A stretch of 61,543 nucleotides of DNA, from the NCBI GenBank assembly GCA_029858565.1, contig JAOUEV010000013.1, positions 1-61,543 of the forward strand. Direction: 5' to 3'. Under the pieces are notes generated by a model. The model was not told the origin of the DNA. It made no database searches and was given only the letters and a program-made list of their open reading frames with translations. The translations under genes were made by a program, and so were the position numbers. Shown here piece after piece: positions 18,507 through 27,924 of this stretch; positions within the stretch are counted from its first letter, which is position 1, and each line of letters starts with the position of its first letter. This DNA is from Nitrospirota bacterium. Its GTDB lineage: Bacteria > Nitrospirota > UBA9217.

Positions 18507-20264
18507 TTAACTTCTTTTCAGTTCCTGAATGAGCCAATCAAGTTGTTTCCGAGCGCCGCTCAGAATATCGTTGTACGTCACAATTTCAACGCCGGGCTCT
18601 TTGTATTGAGCGGATACTGTTGCCCCCTTTGTCCCTCCAATGATAAGGACATCGATCTGAGAGCTTATATGCGCTGATATCTCATGACGATATTTTGTCG
18701 CTTGCTGGTAGTCATTCAGCCCGATTTCATGTGATGGGCGTTTGAATTCTATAAGAAGATGCCTACTCAGCACATTGTTGACGAGAAGGAGATCTGGACG
18801 GTCTGACGGATCGCTCCCTTTGTATTTCTGACCGAGATACTCATCAACAACACGTCTGAGTGTTTTATTCGACGACATGAGGCTATACTCCGTCCCTATC
18901 ATCCAGAGACTGTTCTCGACGGCTTTATGCACCTGGTTTTCAAGCGTTGCTGGATCAGCAATTAATGCATCGACATAGTCGAGAAAATTAAGGCGCTGCG
19001 AAAGCTGTCTACTCATGATTGCCGTTTCCAATAATCCAAACTCTTCTAGCGCCGCAGCAAGGTGGGCCACATCCGTGTGACTAGCCTCGTCGATGTTTTC
19101 CAAGACAGCTCGGTACTCATCTCGCTCCATTGCATCGAGAACAACCGACACTATGGGTTCAACCCGATCTTCGCTCTCATTGTAAAACTTCTGAAGGATC
19201 CTCTTTATTGCTCGATCTGCGAACTCGCGCTTGTATTCAGGCAGAGCTTCAAGTCTCTTTTGGATTTTCTGCTTTAACCTGGCTTGAGCCAGGTGTATTT
19301 CCTGTCCGTAAACTTTCTTAACTTCGGCTCGCAGATGAGGAACTACCCATTCCTTAACAACATCAAAACCCTTGCTATTGTCAACAATAGCTGCCCAATC
19401 AGCTGTTATGTCGTTGGCCAATCCGTCGACTTCAATTTCGCCGTAAATCTTCCCGAGCAGCTTAGCAGGGAAATCGTCGGATTTATCCAGCCCAAAAAAG
19501 CGAGGTTTGCCAATCGACTTACCAGCTACGCGTACCACAATACCGGATCTCTTAATTTGCTTCCTGCCATCTGACACTGTAAAGCGAAGCTTAACAGGGC
19601 CGATACCGGGCAGGGTCACTTCATGCGTTATGGTCGGCCCAGACAAGTCCTCGATGTCCAGGGGCTTTTTATTCACTCGAATTGCAAAATCCGTCTCTCT
19701 GCCATAGTCATGAATTAATAATTCCCTGAATTTTTCCGGCATAGGGAAATTTAGTGCCTGATTCAGGTGAGAAAGTGTAATCACAGTACCGCAAAGATCA
19801 GCATTGCAGGGCGTCGAGATAACATCAATAGGAACGCGTTCTATGTCTTTGCCTGCCTCGATTAGCTTCTTTTTGTCAATGGTAATTGTCGTTGTATTAC
19901 CTCGTGCATTTGTTTGAAGCGACATCAGTTCTGCGGCCATAAGACCTGCAAATTTACCAATACCCTTACGCCCTTTAACAAGACGGTTTTTCCCTGACGT
20001 TCGATCACCTTTGCGGCTCCGACGGTCATTCGCGACAAAAAGATACTCCGCCCGCACTTCGCGCTCCGTCATACCAGTCCCGTTGTCCATAATAACAATA
20101 GGATCAGATGTATTCGGCGCCGGTAATGTAATCGATACCTCCGTGGCATCTGCGTCCCAGGCATTGTCTACCAGCTCCTTCAAAGCATCTTCAGTGGAAG
20201 AGTATGTTTCTCCCAGCAAGGATGCTAATCGCGAGTCAACTTGGAAGTGAGCCGCTTTCGTCAT
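18507..20264 (-). CDS. GHKL (MORC/HATPase) ATPase fused to a C-terminal PD-(D/E)xK nuclease
   Basis: LKELVDNAWDADA, DNGTGM, GRKGIGK, GTVITL; C-terminal RPDLLL...LIEFKRPS...QATKY. Confidence 0.8.
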   Translation of the reverse strand: MTKAAHFQVDSRLASLLGETYSSTEDALKELVDNAWDADATEVSITLPAPNTSDPIVIMDNGTGMTEREVRAEYLFVANDRRSRKGDRTSGKNRLVKGRKGIGKFAGLMAAELMSLQTNARGNTTTITIDKKKLIEAGKDIERVPIDVISTPCNADLCGTVITLSHLNQALNFPMPEKFRELLIHDYGRETDFAIRVNKKPLDIEDLSGPTITHEVTLPGIGPVKLRFTVSDGRKQIKRSGIVVRVAGKSIGKPRFFGLDKSDDFPAKLLGKIYGEIEVDGLANDITADWAAIVDNSKGFDVVKEWVVPHLRAEVKKVYGQEIHLAQARLKQKIQKRLEALPEYKREFADRAIKRILQKFYNESEDRVEPIVSVVLDAMERDEYRAVLENIDEASHTDVAHLAAALEEFGLLETAIMSRQLSQRLNFLDYVDALIADPATLENQVHKAVENSLWMIGTEYSLMSSNKTLRRVVDEYLGQKYKGSDPSDRPDLLLVNNVLSRHLLIEFKRPSHEIGLNDYQQATKYRHEISAHISSQIDVLIIGGTKGATVSAQYKEPGVEIVTYNDILSGARKQLDWLIQELKRS

Positions 20265-20275
20265 ACGTTTTTACC

Positions 20276-23122
20276 TCAATTGAGTGTCCAGCGAAGACTG
20301 AACAGGTTTGCAGCCGATATAGTCTGGTTCAACTTTCCCTCTATCTCACCGATAAGTTTTTCTCTCTGGCGGTCAATCTCGTCCTGAGCTTCGAACAGCG
20401 ATTTCCTCTTCTGACTGCGTTGATGTTCAAGCGCCTTGATCTGTTTTTGCCCAACAAGCTTGTCCTCTAAGGTAAGCGCCGCCGTCGTTGCACGTCTGGT
20501 TTCCTTGATCTGTCGATCAATATCCTTTATCTCCCGCTCCAGCCCCACTTTGAGATCGTCCGCCCACCCGTCAAGCTTATCTGCTTCAACTTCAAAGAAT
20601 CGGGCATTTCTTTCAGATATGGTTTTCTGGATGGAGTTTTGCCTCGAGGCGATAATCGCTTGTAGTTTGTCATTATCAGGCATATATGTCAACAGGGGAA
20701 TGGCCTTTGCCGGCAAGGATAGTAGCCTTTGCGCCAGGTCCTCCTCCATAGTCTGTCCGTCATCAGTAATCGCCGCGCAGAGGATATGATCTTCTGCCTG
20801 ATCGAGTGATTCCACGGTAAAGAGCCTAAGAAGTAGTTCACCGCTGCGCCCAATATAGGGTTCCAGCATGCTAACCTTGCCCTCATGGCCCTTATAGTCA
20901 AAGGTGATCTCTGCTGCCTGCAGAATCCGGCTCTTTGCGCGTTCGAGGACCCCCGATGCGAGCGGATGAGTCAGACGGTACAGATGTGCCTCACCAGAGC
21001 GACGCGGTAGTTCATAGAGACCAAGGGGAATATCGTCGCCAAAAGGACTGGCCTTCAGCTGAAATGTCGACTCATCCAGGAACTCTGCATGATCCCGCAA
21101 CTCATAACGCGTAATCTGCATCAGCAGCCGCTCATAGCGGTTTAGATATTGCCTTGAGTTTTCATCGCTTACCCTAAGCTTTTCCCGCACCTCATCGTCG
21201 AAGTTTTCAAGCAGCTGTCTCCGAGTACGCGTCATCGCATCGTCGATCTGGAGGTTGAGCTCAAGCTGTAACTGGTCAAACGATGCCTTGATTTCCTCAG
21301 GAGTGCGACAGCGTTGATAGATGTCGGCGATTCTCTTTTCAAAGTCCACGCCGGATTCGATAGCCCCCAGGACCTCATCGCTTGCGCCGAACACGCCCTC
21401 GAAAAGCATGAACTTCTCGGAAAGGAGCTGGAACACCCGAAGATCAGCCTCGTTGTTCCGATTCAGAAAATTTACGACAACAACGTCGTGTTTCTGACCG
21501 TACCGGTGGCAGCGTCCGATGCGCTGCTCAATGCGCTGAGGATTCCAAGGCAGGTCATAGTTCACCACAAGGGAGCAGAACTGAAGGTTGATGCCCTCGG
21601 CGCCGGCTTCCGTGGCGATCATGATCCGCCCCTTTTCCCTGAAGTAATCAACCAGCGCCGACCGCATGTCCGCTGTGCGGGAGCCTGTGATTCGATCCGT
21701 TCCTTCGTGCTCCTTGAACCAGTCCTTGTAGATCTGGCGTGAACTGTCGTCGGTATTCGTCCCATTGAATAGAACGATACCTTCGCTCCAGGGGCTTTCT
21801 GCAAGTACGCGCAATAGGTAGGACTGGGTACGGCGGGATTCAGTGAAGATGATCGCCTTTTCCTCGGCACCGATCTCACGCGCCTTGGCAAAAGCGATTT
21901 CTAAAGCCTTAAGAAGCGCTCTTCCCTTTGCATTGTACTGGATAGATATTGCGAGCTGCCTAAAGCTTTCGAGATCTTTGATCTCGCGATCGATCGCTGC
22001 CAGATTTTCGGCAGACAATGGCGCATCTTGCTCTCCATCAGTCCATTCATCCGCTGTCTCACCAAGGGCTTCATACTCCTTGTCGAGTTCATCCGCCAAT
22101 GGCTCTTCCGGTTCCTGTTTTTTGAGGCGAAGGTGGAGACGCTTGCTCAGGGTTTCGAGCGAGCCAGCTATTGCAAATGATGAAGACGCGAGTATTTTGC
22201 GGAGGACCAGGGTCATAAGTGACCGCTGGCTCGTAGGCAAAGCCTGCAGATTGTCGCGACGGAGATAATCGGATACCAGATTATACAACCGATCTTCGCT
22301 CTCCTCAGGCGTAAAGGGCTGAACGATTGAATACCGTTGTGTAAACCGCACGTAGGGTAAGACTTGCCGTCGAAGGGTTCTATGGCAAATCGGCTTAAGC
22401 CTGGCCTTAAGTGCTGTGAACGTATTTTTATCACTCAAGTCAGAATACTGCTCCTTGAAACTCTTCAAATCGCCAAAAGTATGCTCATCGATGAATCCAA
22501 CCAGGCCATAGAGCTCCAGAAGTGAATTCTGAAGCGGCGTGGCTGTCAGTAGAAGCTTGGGTGCCTGCTTCAGCGCCTGCTTTAACGTATTAGCGATTAC
22601 ATTAGATGGCTTATAGACATTCCGCAAGCGGTGGGCTTCATCGATCACCACAAGATCCCAGGGAATGGCGTTCACATCCGCAGCTTTGCTCCGCGCAAAT
22701 TGATAGGAACAGATGACAAGCTTGCCTGACTCGAAGGGTCGGAAGTTGCCGTTCTTTATCGATTCGTTGAAGGACTTGCTTTCAAGGATGACGGACGGGA
22801 GGAAAAACTTCTCTTGAAGTTCCTGGTGCCATTGTTTGCGGAGGTTGGCTGGAGTGATTATGAGGATGCGCCGATGTCGTTCCGCCCAATGTTGGGAGAT
22901 GACCAGGCCCGCTTCGATGGTCTTTCCCAGGCCCACCTCGTCTGCCAGTATGCCACCTCGGGAAAGAGGGGACCGGAAAGCAAAGAGCGCAGCATCTACC
23001 TGGTGGGGATTGAGGTCGACCTGAGCATCAACCAAGGCGCCTGCAAGCTTCTCGATATTGTCAGAAGCGCAGCGTTTCGTCAGCTCGTACGCATAGTATT
23101 TGGCATGATAATCTGTGAGCAT
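20276..23122 (-). CDS. SNF2-family helicase associated with type III R-M loci
   Basis: LADEVGLGKTIEAG, VIDEAHRL, LLTATPLQN, EGINLQ, QRIGRCHRYGQ. Confidence 0.9.
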   Translation of the reverse strand: MLTDYHAKYYAYELTKRCASDNIEKLAGALVDAQVDLNPHQVDAALFAFRSPLSRGGILADEVGLGKTIEAGLVISQHWAERHRRILIITPANLRKQWHQELQEKFFLPSVILESKSFNESIKNGNFRPFESGKLVICSYQFARSKAADVNAIPWDLVVIDEAHRLRNVYKPSNVIANTLKQALKQAPKLLLTATPLQNSLLELYGLVGFIDEHTFGDLKSFKEQYSDLSDKNTFTALKARLKPICHRTLRRQVLPYVRFTQRYSIVQPFTPEESEDRLYNLVSDYLRRDNLQALPTSQRSLMTLVLRKILASSSFAIAGSLETLSKRLHLRLKKQEPEEPLADELDKEYEALGETADEWTDGEQDAPLSAENLAAIDREIKDLESFRQLAISIQYNAKGRALLKALEIAFAKAREIGAEEKAIIFTESRRTQSYLLRVLAESPWSEGIVLFNGTNTDDSSRQIYKDWFKEHEGTDRITGSRTADMRSALVDYFREKGRIMIATEAGAEGINLQFCSLVVNYDLPWNPQRIEQRIGRCHRYGQKHDVVVVNFLNRNNEADLRVFQLLSEKFMLFEGVFGASDEVLGAIESGVDFEKRIADIYQRCRTPEEIKASFDQLQLELNLQIDDAMTRTRRQLLENFDDEVREKLRVSDENSRQYLNRYERLLMQITRYELRDHAEFLDESTFQLKASPFGDDIPLGLYELPRRSGEAHLYRLTHPLASGVLERAKSRILQAAEITFDYKGHEGKVSMLEPYIGRSGELLLRLFTVESLDQAEDHILCAAITDDGQTMEEDLAQRLLSLPAKAIPLLTYMPDNDKLQAIIASRQNSIQKTISERNARFFEVEADKLDGWADDLKVGLEREIKDIDRQIKETRRATTAALTLEDKLVGQKQIKALEHQRSQKRKSLFEAQDEIDRQREKLIGEIEGKLNQTISAANLFSLRWTLN

Positions 23123-23412
23123 TCCTAATATATTGCAAAGAACGGTCAATTTTGATTCGTACGTAAGCCATAGAATATATTAAATATTGTCTTTCTTCAA
23201 GCAATAAATTTGGCTCAACAAATAACGTCAATACTTTGCTGGCCGGAGCGTATTTTGTTAGGCAGGCTTCAATTGACTTGCAGATGAGCTAGAGCGAATG
23301 GCAGCACATGGTCCGGCTAGAGCAGGAAAACGGCTTCTGTGAACGCACAGGGGGTTTTTTTCAGGGATCAGGATACTTAGAAACGTCAGTGATTATCTCT
23401 GCCGTGCGGCCT

Positions 23413-23721
23413 TCACCATTCTTTAATCCTGATTAATGGCGCAAACCGATAGAATGGCGCGATAAAGCCGATTGTTAGTCCGAAAACAGCTCCGACCTTA
23501 TGAATGCCGATGATTGGTATTTGAAAACCGAAAAGCGCAAGCCCCACAGATATCGGCTTGCAGAACATCCAGCTTATCACCAGTCCCAGAATATAGCCAA
23601 GCATTGCATTCAGAAAAACACTAGCGCAAAAAAACAATATGTTCAATATCCAGGTCAGTGTTACACGAGATAAGCTGATGGGATTGAAGAGACGCTTCAA
23701 CCCTTCATGATAGACTGTCAT
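23413..23721 (-). CDS. Hypothetical small membrane protein
   Basis: 102-aa ORF with 2-3 hydrophobic segments; no family recognised. Confidence 0.45.
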   Translation of the reverse strand: MTVYHEGLKRLFNPISLSRVTLTWILNILFFCASVFLNAMLGYILGLVISWMFCKPISVGLALFGFQIPIIGIHKVGAVFGLTIGFIAPFYRFAPLIRIKEW

Positions 23722-23742
23722 ATGTATTTGCCCGTTGTGCCC

Positions 23743-24006
23743 TTAAGCCCGATCATTAACTCCGCTAGCCGTTTCGATGCTTTTAATAAAACGAATCACG
23801 AACTGATGAAAAGGCAAGCCTTCAATCGCGCCGATCTTTCCTGTAATCTTAGCTACATATTTATCACGATCCGCCCTGACACTCGCGATCACATCGCCAT
23901 AGTTGATAGAAAGGCTCATATTTGCCGAGGGATCAATGGAAATGCCGGCCTTCCCGGTTTCAGTCTTTGCCTTGCGAGACATTGTAAATCTCCTTCCACA
24001 GGTCAT
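23743..24006 (-). CDS. Hypothetical protein
   Basis: ORF divergent from the XRE gene; likely start MSRKAK with AGGAG RBS. Confidence 0.4.
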   Translation of the reverse strand: MTCGRRFTMSRKAKTETGKAGISIDPSANMSLSINYGDVIASVRADRDKYVAKITGKIGAIEGLPFHQFVIRFIKSIETASGVNDRA

Positions 24007-24149
24007 TTATTTAGCGGATTCTAAAGCTTGGCGGTTCGAAGGTACGCGCCTAAGTCTACATTATATGACGAATTTGTCAATAATTATCTACTCCCTATGT
24101 TGTGTTAAAAATCTCCCTGAAAGTCGAAGATAACAACTAGGGAGGTTGC

Positions 24150-24473
24150 ATGAAGACAACGGCAAAAAGATTACTGGGAGCAAGAATCAAGGAAATACGG
24201 AAGCTGAAGGGTTTTTCTCAGGACAAACTTGCGGAGAAAATCGATATCGACACCAAGCATCTTAGCCGCATCGAGGTAGGCGGCAGCTATCCTTCCCTGG
24301 ATACTCTTGATCGGATTGCCAAAGCCTTGGGCGTCGATATGAAGGATTTCTTTGAGGTGGTCGAGGAATCGAAAAAAGCTGATCTCGTTCGATCAGCAGT
24401 AAACCTCATAAAAGAGGCAGACGAGGCTAAGTTGAAGCTCCTCATCAAGATCGCACGTGCGATAGTTCGCTAA
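24150..24473 (+). CDS. XRE-family HTH transcriptional regulator (C-protein-like)
   Basis: LGARIKEIRKLKGFSQDKLAEKIDIDTKHLSRIEVG; GGAGG RBS. Confidence 0.9.
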   Translation: MKTTAKRLLGARIKEIRKLKGFSQDKLAEKIDIDTKHLSRIEVGGSYPSLDTLDRIAKALGVDMKDFFEVVEESKKADLVRSAVNLIKEADEAKLKLLIKIARAIVR

Positions 24474-24659
24474 TTGCAAGTTGCATTTATAATTCAATAA
24501 TCAGGTCAAATACAGATTACCCCTCGTTTATAAAGATCATCAAGGATTTCTCGATCAAGTTCGATTGTCCAACGGACATATTTACCAATGTGCAAATAAA
24601 CAGATCAAGATTATTGATATTACTATATTTATCAGAATGATTGAACCCTAACGCCTCGC

Positions 24660-25133
24660 TCATTTATCGAGTCCCTTTTTTCCATATATAATTCTTATTT
24701 TGCGTTTTGCAATATCCAGTTCTCCTCGGAGAACTTTGACTTCATGGTCGAGAGCATCACGGCAAGCGATGACTTCTTTTATTCTTTGACGCTCATTATC
24801 AAGCCGCTGCTCAGTTCTCAACAACCTTTTTGCAAGGTCATCGTTTTGACGCAGCAATTCATTAAATCTGTTTTCATCATAGACAATACTGCTTCGCAGA
24901 GACGATACCAGTATCTCCTTTGCACCAATACCAAACCGTTTAAGCAGAAATTCTTTTACATGCTGCTTACAAAACGTGGACGCAGCTAAACCAGATGTTT
25001 CTGCGATTCTCGACCGAGTGATAATACGACCTTCCGTCTTTAATAAAGAGACAGCAGCTTCTATTTTCTTATAAGTTTTCTCTCTATGGGCTTGCTGTAC
25101 CTCTTGGAGTTTCAGTGGTATTTTCCTAGGCAT
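24660..25133 (-). CDS. TnpC-like (DUF6262-like) recombination accessory protein
   Basis: KIEAAVSLLKTEGRIITRSRIAETSGLA HTH plus C-terminal coiled coil; last gene of the recombinase operon, as tnpC is in Tn554. Confidence 0.65.
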   Translation of the reverse strand: MPRKIPLKLQEVQQAHREKTYKKIEAAVSLLKTEGRIITRSRIAETSGLAASTFCKQHVKEFLLKRFGIGAKEILVSSLRSSIVYDENRFNELLRQNDDLAKRLLRTEQRLDNERQRIKEVIACRDALDHEVKVLRGELDIAKRKIRIIYGKKGLDK

Positions 25134-26730
25134 CGTCTCCTCCCTGTTCTTTAGACGCATTCATTACCATGCTGAGACTGATCTTATCAACTTGACTTTG
25201 AAAGAGGTTAGACATGCCTTGTGCATGCTCAGCCAAGCTCTTATTGCCCTTCTCGAGATGGAGGGAAGCACGTTCAAGCCATATGGCACACTGTTCCATG
25301 TAATAATCCTTGTTTTCAGCATCAGGAACAAGGAAGTCGCAATCAAGACACTCAAAAAGGTCACCTTTACATGAGGTGATGTCTGAGCAGATGCCTAATT
25401 TTCCAATGCGGTATGCTCTAGGGTTCCGAAGCAGTTTCATTTCTTTTTCGGGGGACAGATTCAGGATTCTTCCTCTAAACAGAATTGGCGTTCCTAGCTC
25501 ACCTCTTGCGCGTTTTTTTGCTGCAAGAGCTTTAACTTCCTTGCCCTTAACGTGCACGTAGGATGTATCAATAATCATCTCGTTGCCCTTATGCCCTGAC
25601 ATGTCACGTATTTCGACATAGCTAAATCCTTCATAGAGACGCTCCGTGATACCGTTGTGCCGAAAACAATGTGTAATGGCATCATAATATCCACCGTTTT
25701 CATCACATACGTTGAAATACTCTGAAACCTTCTTCATGCGCGTCCGCACGACAGGTCCCGTCAACACGAACGGACCAGTCAGGTTGTTATAAGAAGACCT
25801 ACAAGCCATCTTTCCATCCTTATACCGCGCTGACATCCTTTTATAAGGGGAAACCATTAAATATCCTTGAGACTCATCCGAAAGTTCGATTTGAAGATTA
25901 GTCGATACTCTTTGCTGTTCTTTTACCAGATCGAGTAAGAACTTTCCATGTCCCTTGTCGAGAATATGGATAAGCTTACTTTGCGGTTCGCGCAACTGGG
26001 CTGACGGTTTGTATTGAGGAATAGTTAAGACATAACCGTCTCTATATGGCCGAATACAACTAAGTTTGATAGATGTTATTTCCTGAACACGCGAGGGGAT
26101 ACTTCGAAGAATCCAATATATAAGTCGGTCCTCTAGAGGAAGATTGCTATTACGATAGATACGATCAAGTTGATCAAGGACGATGTCCGGAACAAGTCGT
26201 TCATTGTGCTGACGATCTAATTCGCTTCGGATAAACGGATTACCAGGTGCTACAGGATAATTAATGGGCATTTGCGGCCATGTTTGCATATCCTTGAAGA
26301 AGTTTGCCATTGCAGTCCAATAGATCTCTTTGGAAGCTTTCTTAATATCAGCACGTTCGTAGAGGCTTTCCTCATAAGCCTCAATAGTCATTCTGTTAAC
26401 ATCCGATAAATCTGGGGCACCGCATTCTTTTTCAAGAAAGATCAAAAAGTGGGCAATACCACTGACATTTAATGCCTGCGTATGTACAGCAATACCATTT
26501 CGGATCCTCAATATAACCCAGTAGCGAACTATTTCGCTGTATACCTCCGGGACACTCGCAAAGTAAATCTTGTAATCGTCGCTACTATGCCCCGCTGAGC
26601 GTTTGATAACATCAAAGAACCATATCCCATCATTAAAAGACGAGACAGTCGTTACTGAGGTCATAAAATTTCTTAGTTCTTCCTGGATATCAAAGGTAAA
26701 CTCGTCTGCAATTGCAATGTTTGGAAGCAT
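25126..26730 (-). CDS. Tyrosine recombinase 3
   Basis: IPSRVQEI (R), THCFRH (HxxR), MSGHK..DTSYVH (H,Y); C-terminal Cys cluster. Confidence 0.85.
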   Translation of the reverse strand: MLPNIAIADEFTFDIQEELRNFMTSVTTVSSFNDGIWFFDVIKRSAGHSSDDYKIYFASVPEVYSEIVRYWVILRIRNGIAVHTQALNVSGIAHFLIFLEKECGAPDLSDVNRMTIEAYEESLYERADIKKASKEIYWTAMANFFKDMQTWPQMPINYPVAPGNPFIRSELDRQHNERLVPDIVLDQLDRIYRNSNLPLEDRLIYWILRSIPSRVQEITSIKLSCIRPYRDGYVLTIPQYKPSAQLREPQSKLIHILDKGHGKFLLDLVKEQQRVSTNLQIELSDESQGYLMVSPYKRMSARYKDGKMACRSSYNNLTGPFVLTGPVVRTRMKKVSEYFNVCDENGGYYDAITHCFRHNGITERLYEGFSYVEIRDMSGHKGNEMIIDTSYVHVKGKEVKALAAKKRARGELGTPILFRGRILNLSPEKEMKLLRNPRAYRIGKLGICSDITSCKGDLFECLDCDFLVPDAENKDYYMEQCAIWLERASLHLEKGNKSLAEHAQGMSNLFQSQVDKISLSMVMNASKEQGGDDA

Positions 26731-26739
26731 TCTGATATC

Positions 26740-27894
26740 CTAGCCCTTAATAACACCAAGAGGATCGAGTTTAACAATAATATCTACAAGGTCAGCCTGA
26801 GACGCTATCACAATATCAATATCCTTGTAAGCTCCATCCGCCTCATCTAAATCTCTAACTCCTCGAACAGCATGTATGATACCCTTATCGTCCAAACGCT
26901 TCTTTTCCTCTTCAAGATTCAATGTTCTCTCTGCTTGTTTGCGACCCATTTTTCGGCCTGCTCCATGAGAGCAGGATTGGAAACTTTCACTATTGCCTTT
27001 GCCGCGCACGATATAGCTAGCCGTCCCCTGCGATCCAGGTATAATACCAATTTCACCATCACGAGCAGATGTTGCACCCTTGCGGTGGACAATGACGTTC
27101 TTCCCAAAGTGGCTTTCCAACTTTGCGTAATTGTGCGCAATGTTTATCATTTCATCGAAAGTGCCACCCGTAGTATCGTAGACTATCTCAGCAATTCGGT
27201 TCATCATCAGCTTTCTATTAGCAAGAGCAAAATCAACCGAATATGTCATTCCGATTTGGTATGCCTGACCTATCGCACTATTTATCGGTAGTGATGCAAG
27301 ATCCCACGCCTTTGGTACAGATATGCGCATCCGATCATTAAGCTCAACAGCCTTCCTGTTGTAGAAATCAGCTACCTGTTTTCCGAGGTTTCGACTTCCG
27401 GAATGAACCATAACCCAGATATGCCCATCACTTCCCATAGAAAACTGAATGAAATGATTTCCGCTGCCCAATGTCCCAATCTGATGAAGAGCATGACCGT
27501 ATTCACGATCAACAATAATATCCGTATTGCCAGCAGGCATCAATACGGGATCCTGTCTATCTCGGTGCCTATTCATCCCAACAGGAATCCGCCTCCTGAT
27601 CTCACCAATTATCTTTTTTAATGCATCAACAGATATTTCATGCAGCGATGTCTTTGCTGCGCACATTCCACAACCGATGTCAACACCAACAGCATTCGGA
27701 ACGATCACGTCTTCAGTAGCCATAACTCCACCAATTGGCATCCCATAACCTTGGTGAGCATCAGCCATGAGAGAAATATGACGAAATGCAAACGGAAGAC
27801 GTGCAAGATTTCTAGCTTGTTCAAGTGCCCCAACTTCAAGCACATCACTCCAACTCTTGATCATCAAACCGCCTTCGACTTTGATTATCTTCAT
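26740..27894 (-). CDS. rtcB: Element-encoded RtcB RNA ligase (short bacterial type)
   Basis: MADAHQGYG, VGVDIGCG, GTLGSGNHF, VHSGSR, AHNY, HRKGAT, SCSHGAGR, DEADGAYKD; GGAG RBS before ATG 27894. Confidence 0.93.
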   Translation of the reverse strand: MKIIKVEGGLMIKSWSDVLEVGALEQARNLARLPFAFRHISLMADAHQGYGMPIGGVMATEDVIVPNAVGVDIGCGMCAAKTSLHEISVDALKKIIGEIRRRIPVGMNRHRDRQDPVLMPAGNTDIIVDREYGHALHQIGTLGSGNHFIQFSMGSDGHIWVMVHSGSRNLGKQVADFYNRKAVELNDRMRISVPKAWDLASLPINSAIGQAYQIGMTYSVDFALANRKLMMNRIAEIVYDTTGGTFDEMINIAHNYAKLESHFGKNVIVHRKGATSARDGEIGIIPGSQGTASYIVRGKGNSESFQSCSHGAGRKMGRKQAERTLNLEEEKKRLDDKGIIHAVRGVRDLDEADGAYKDIDIVIASQADLVDIIVKLDPLGVIKG

Positions 27895-27924
27895 GATCGA
27901 CTCCACGAATGACGACAACCCAAC

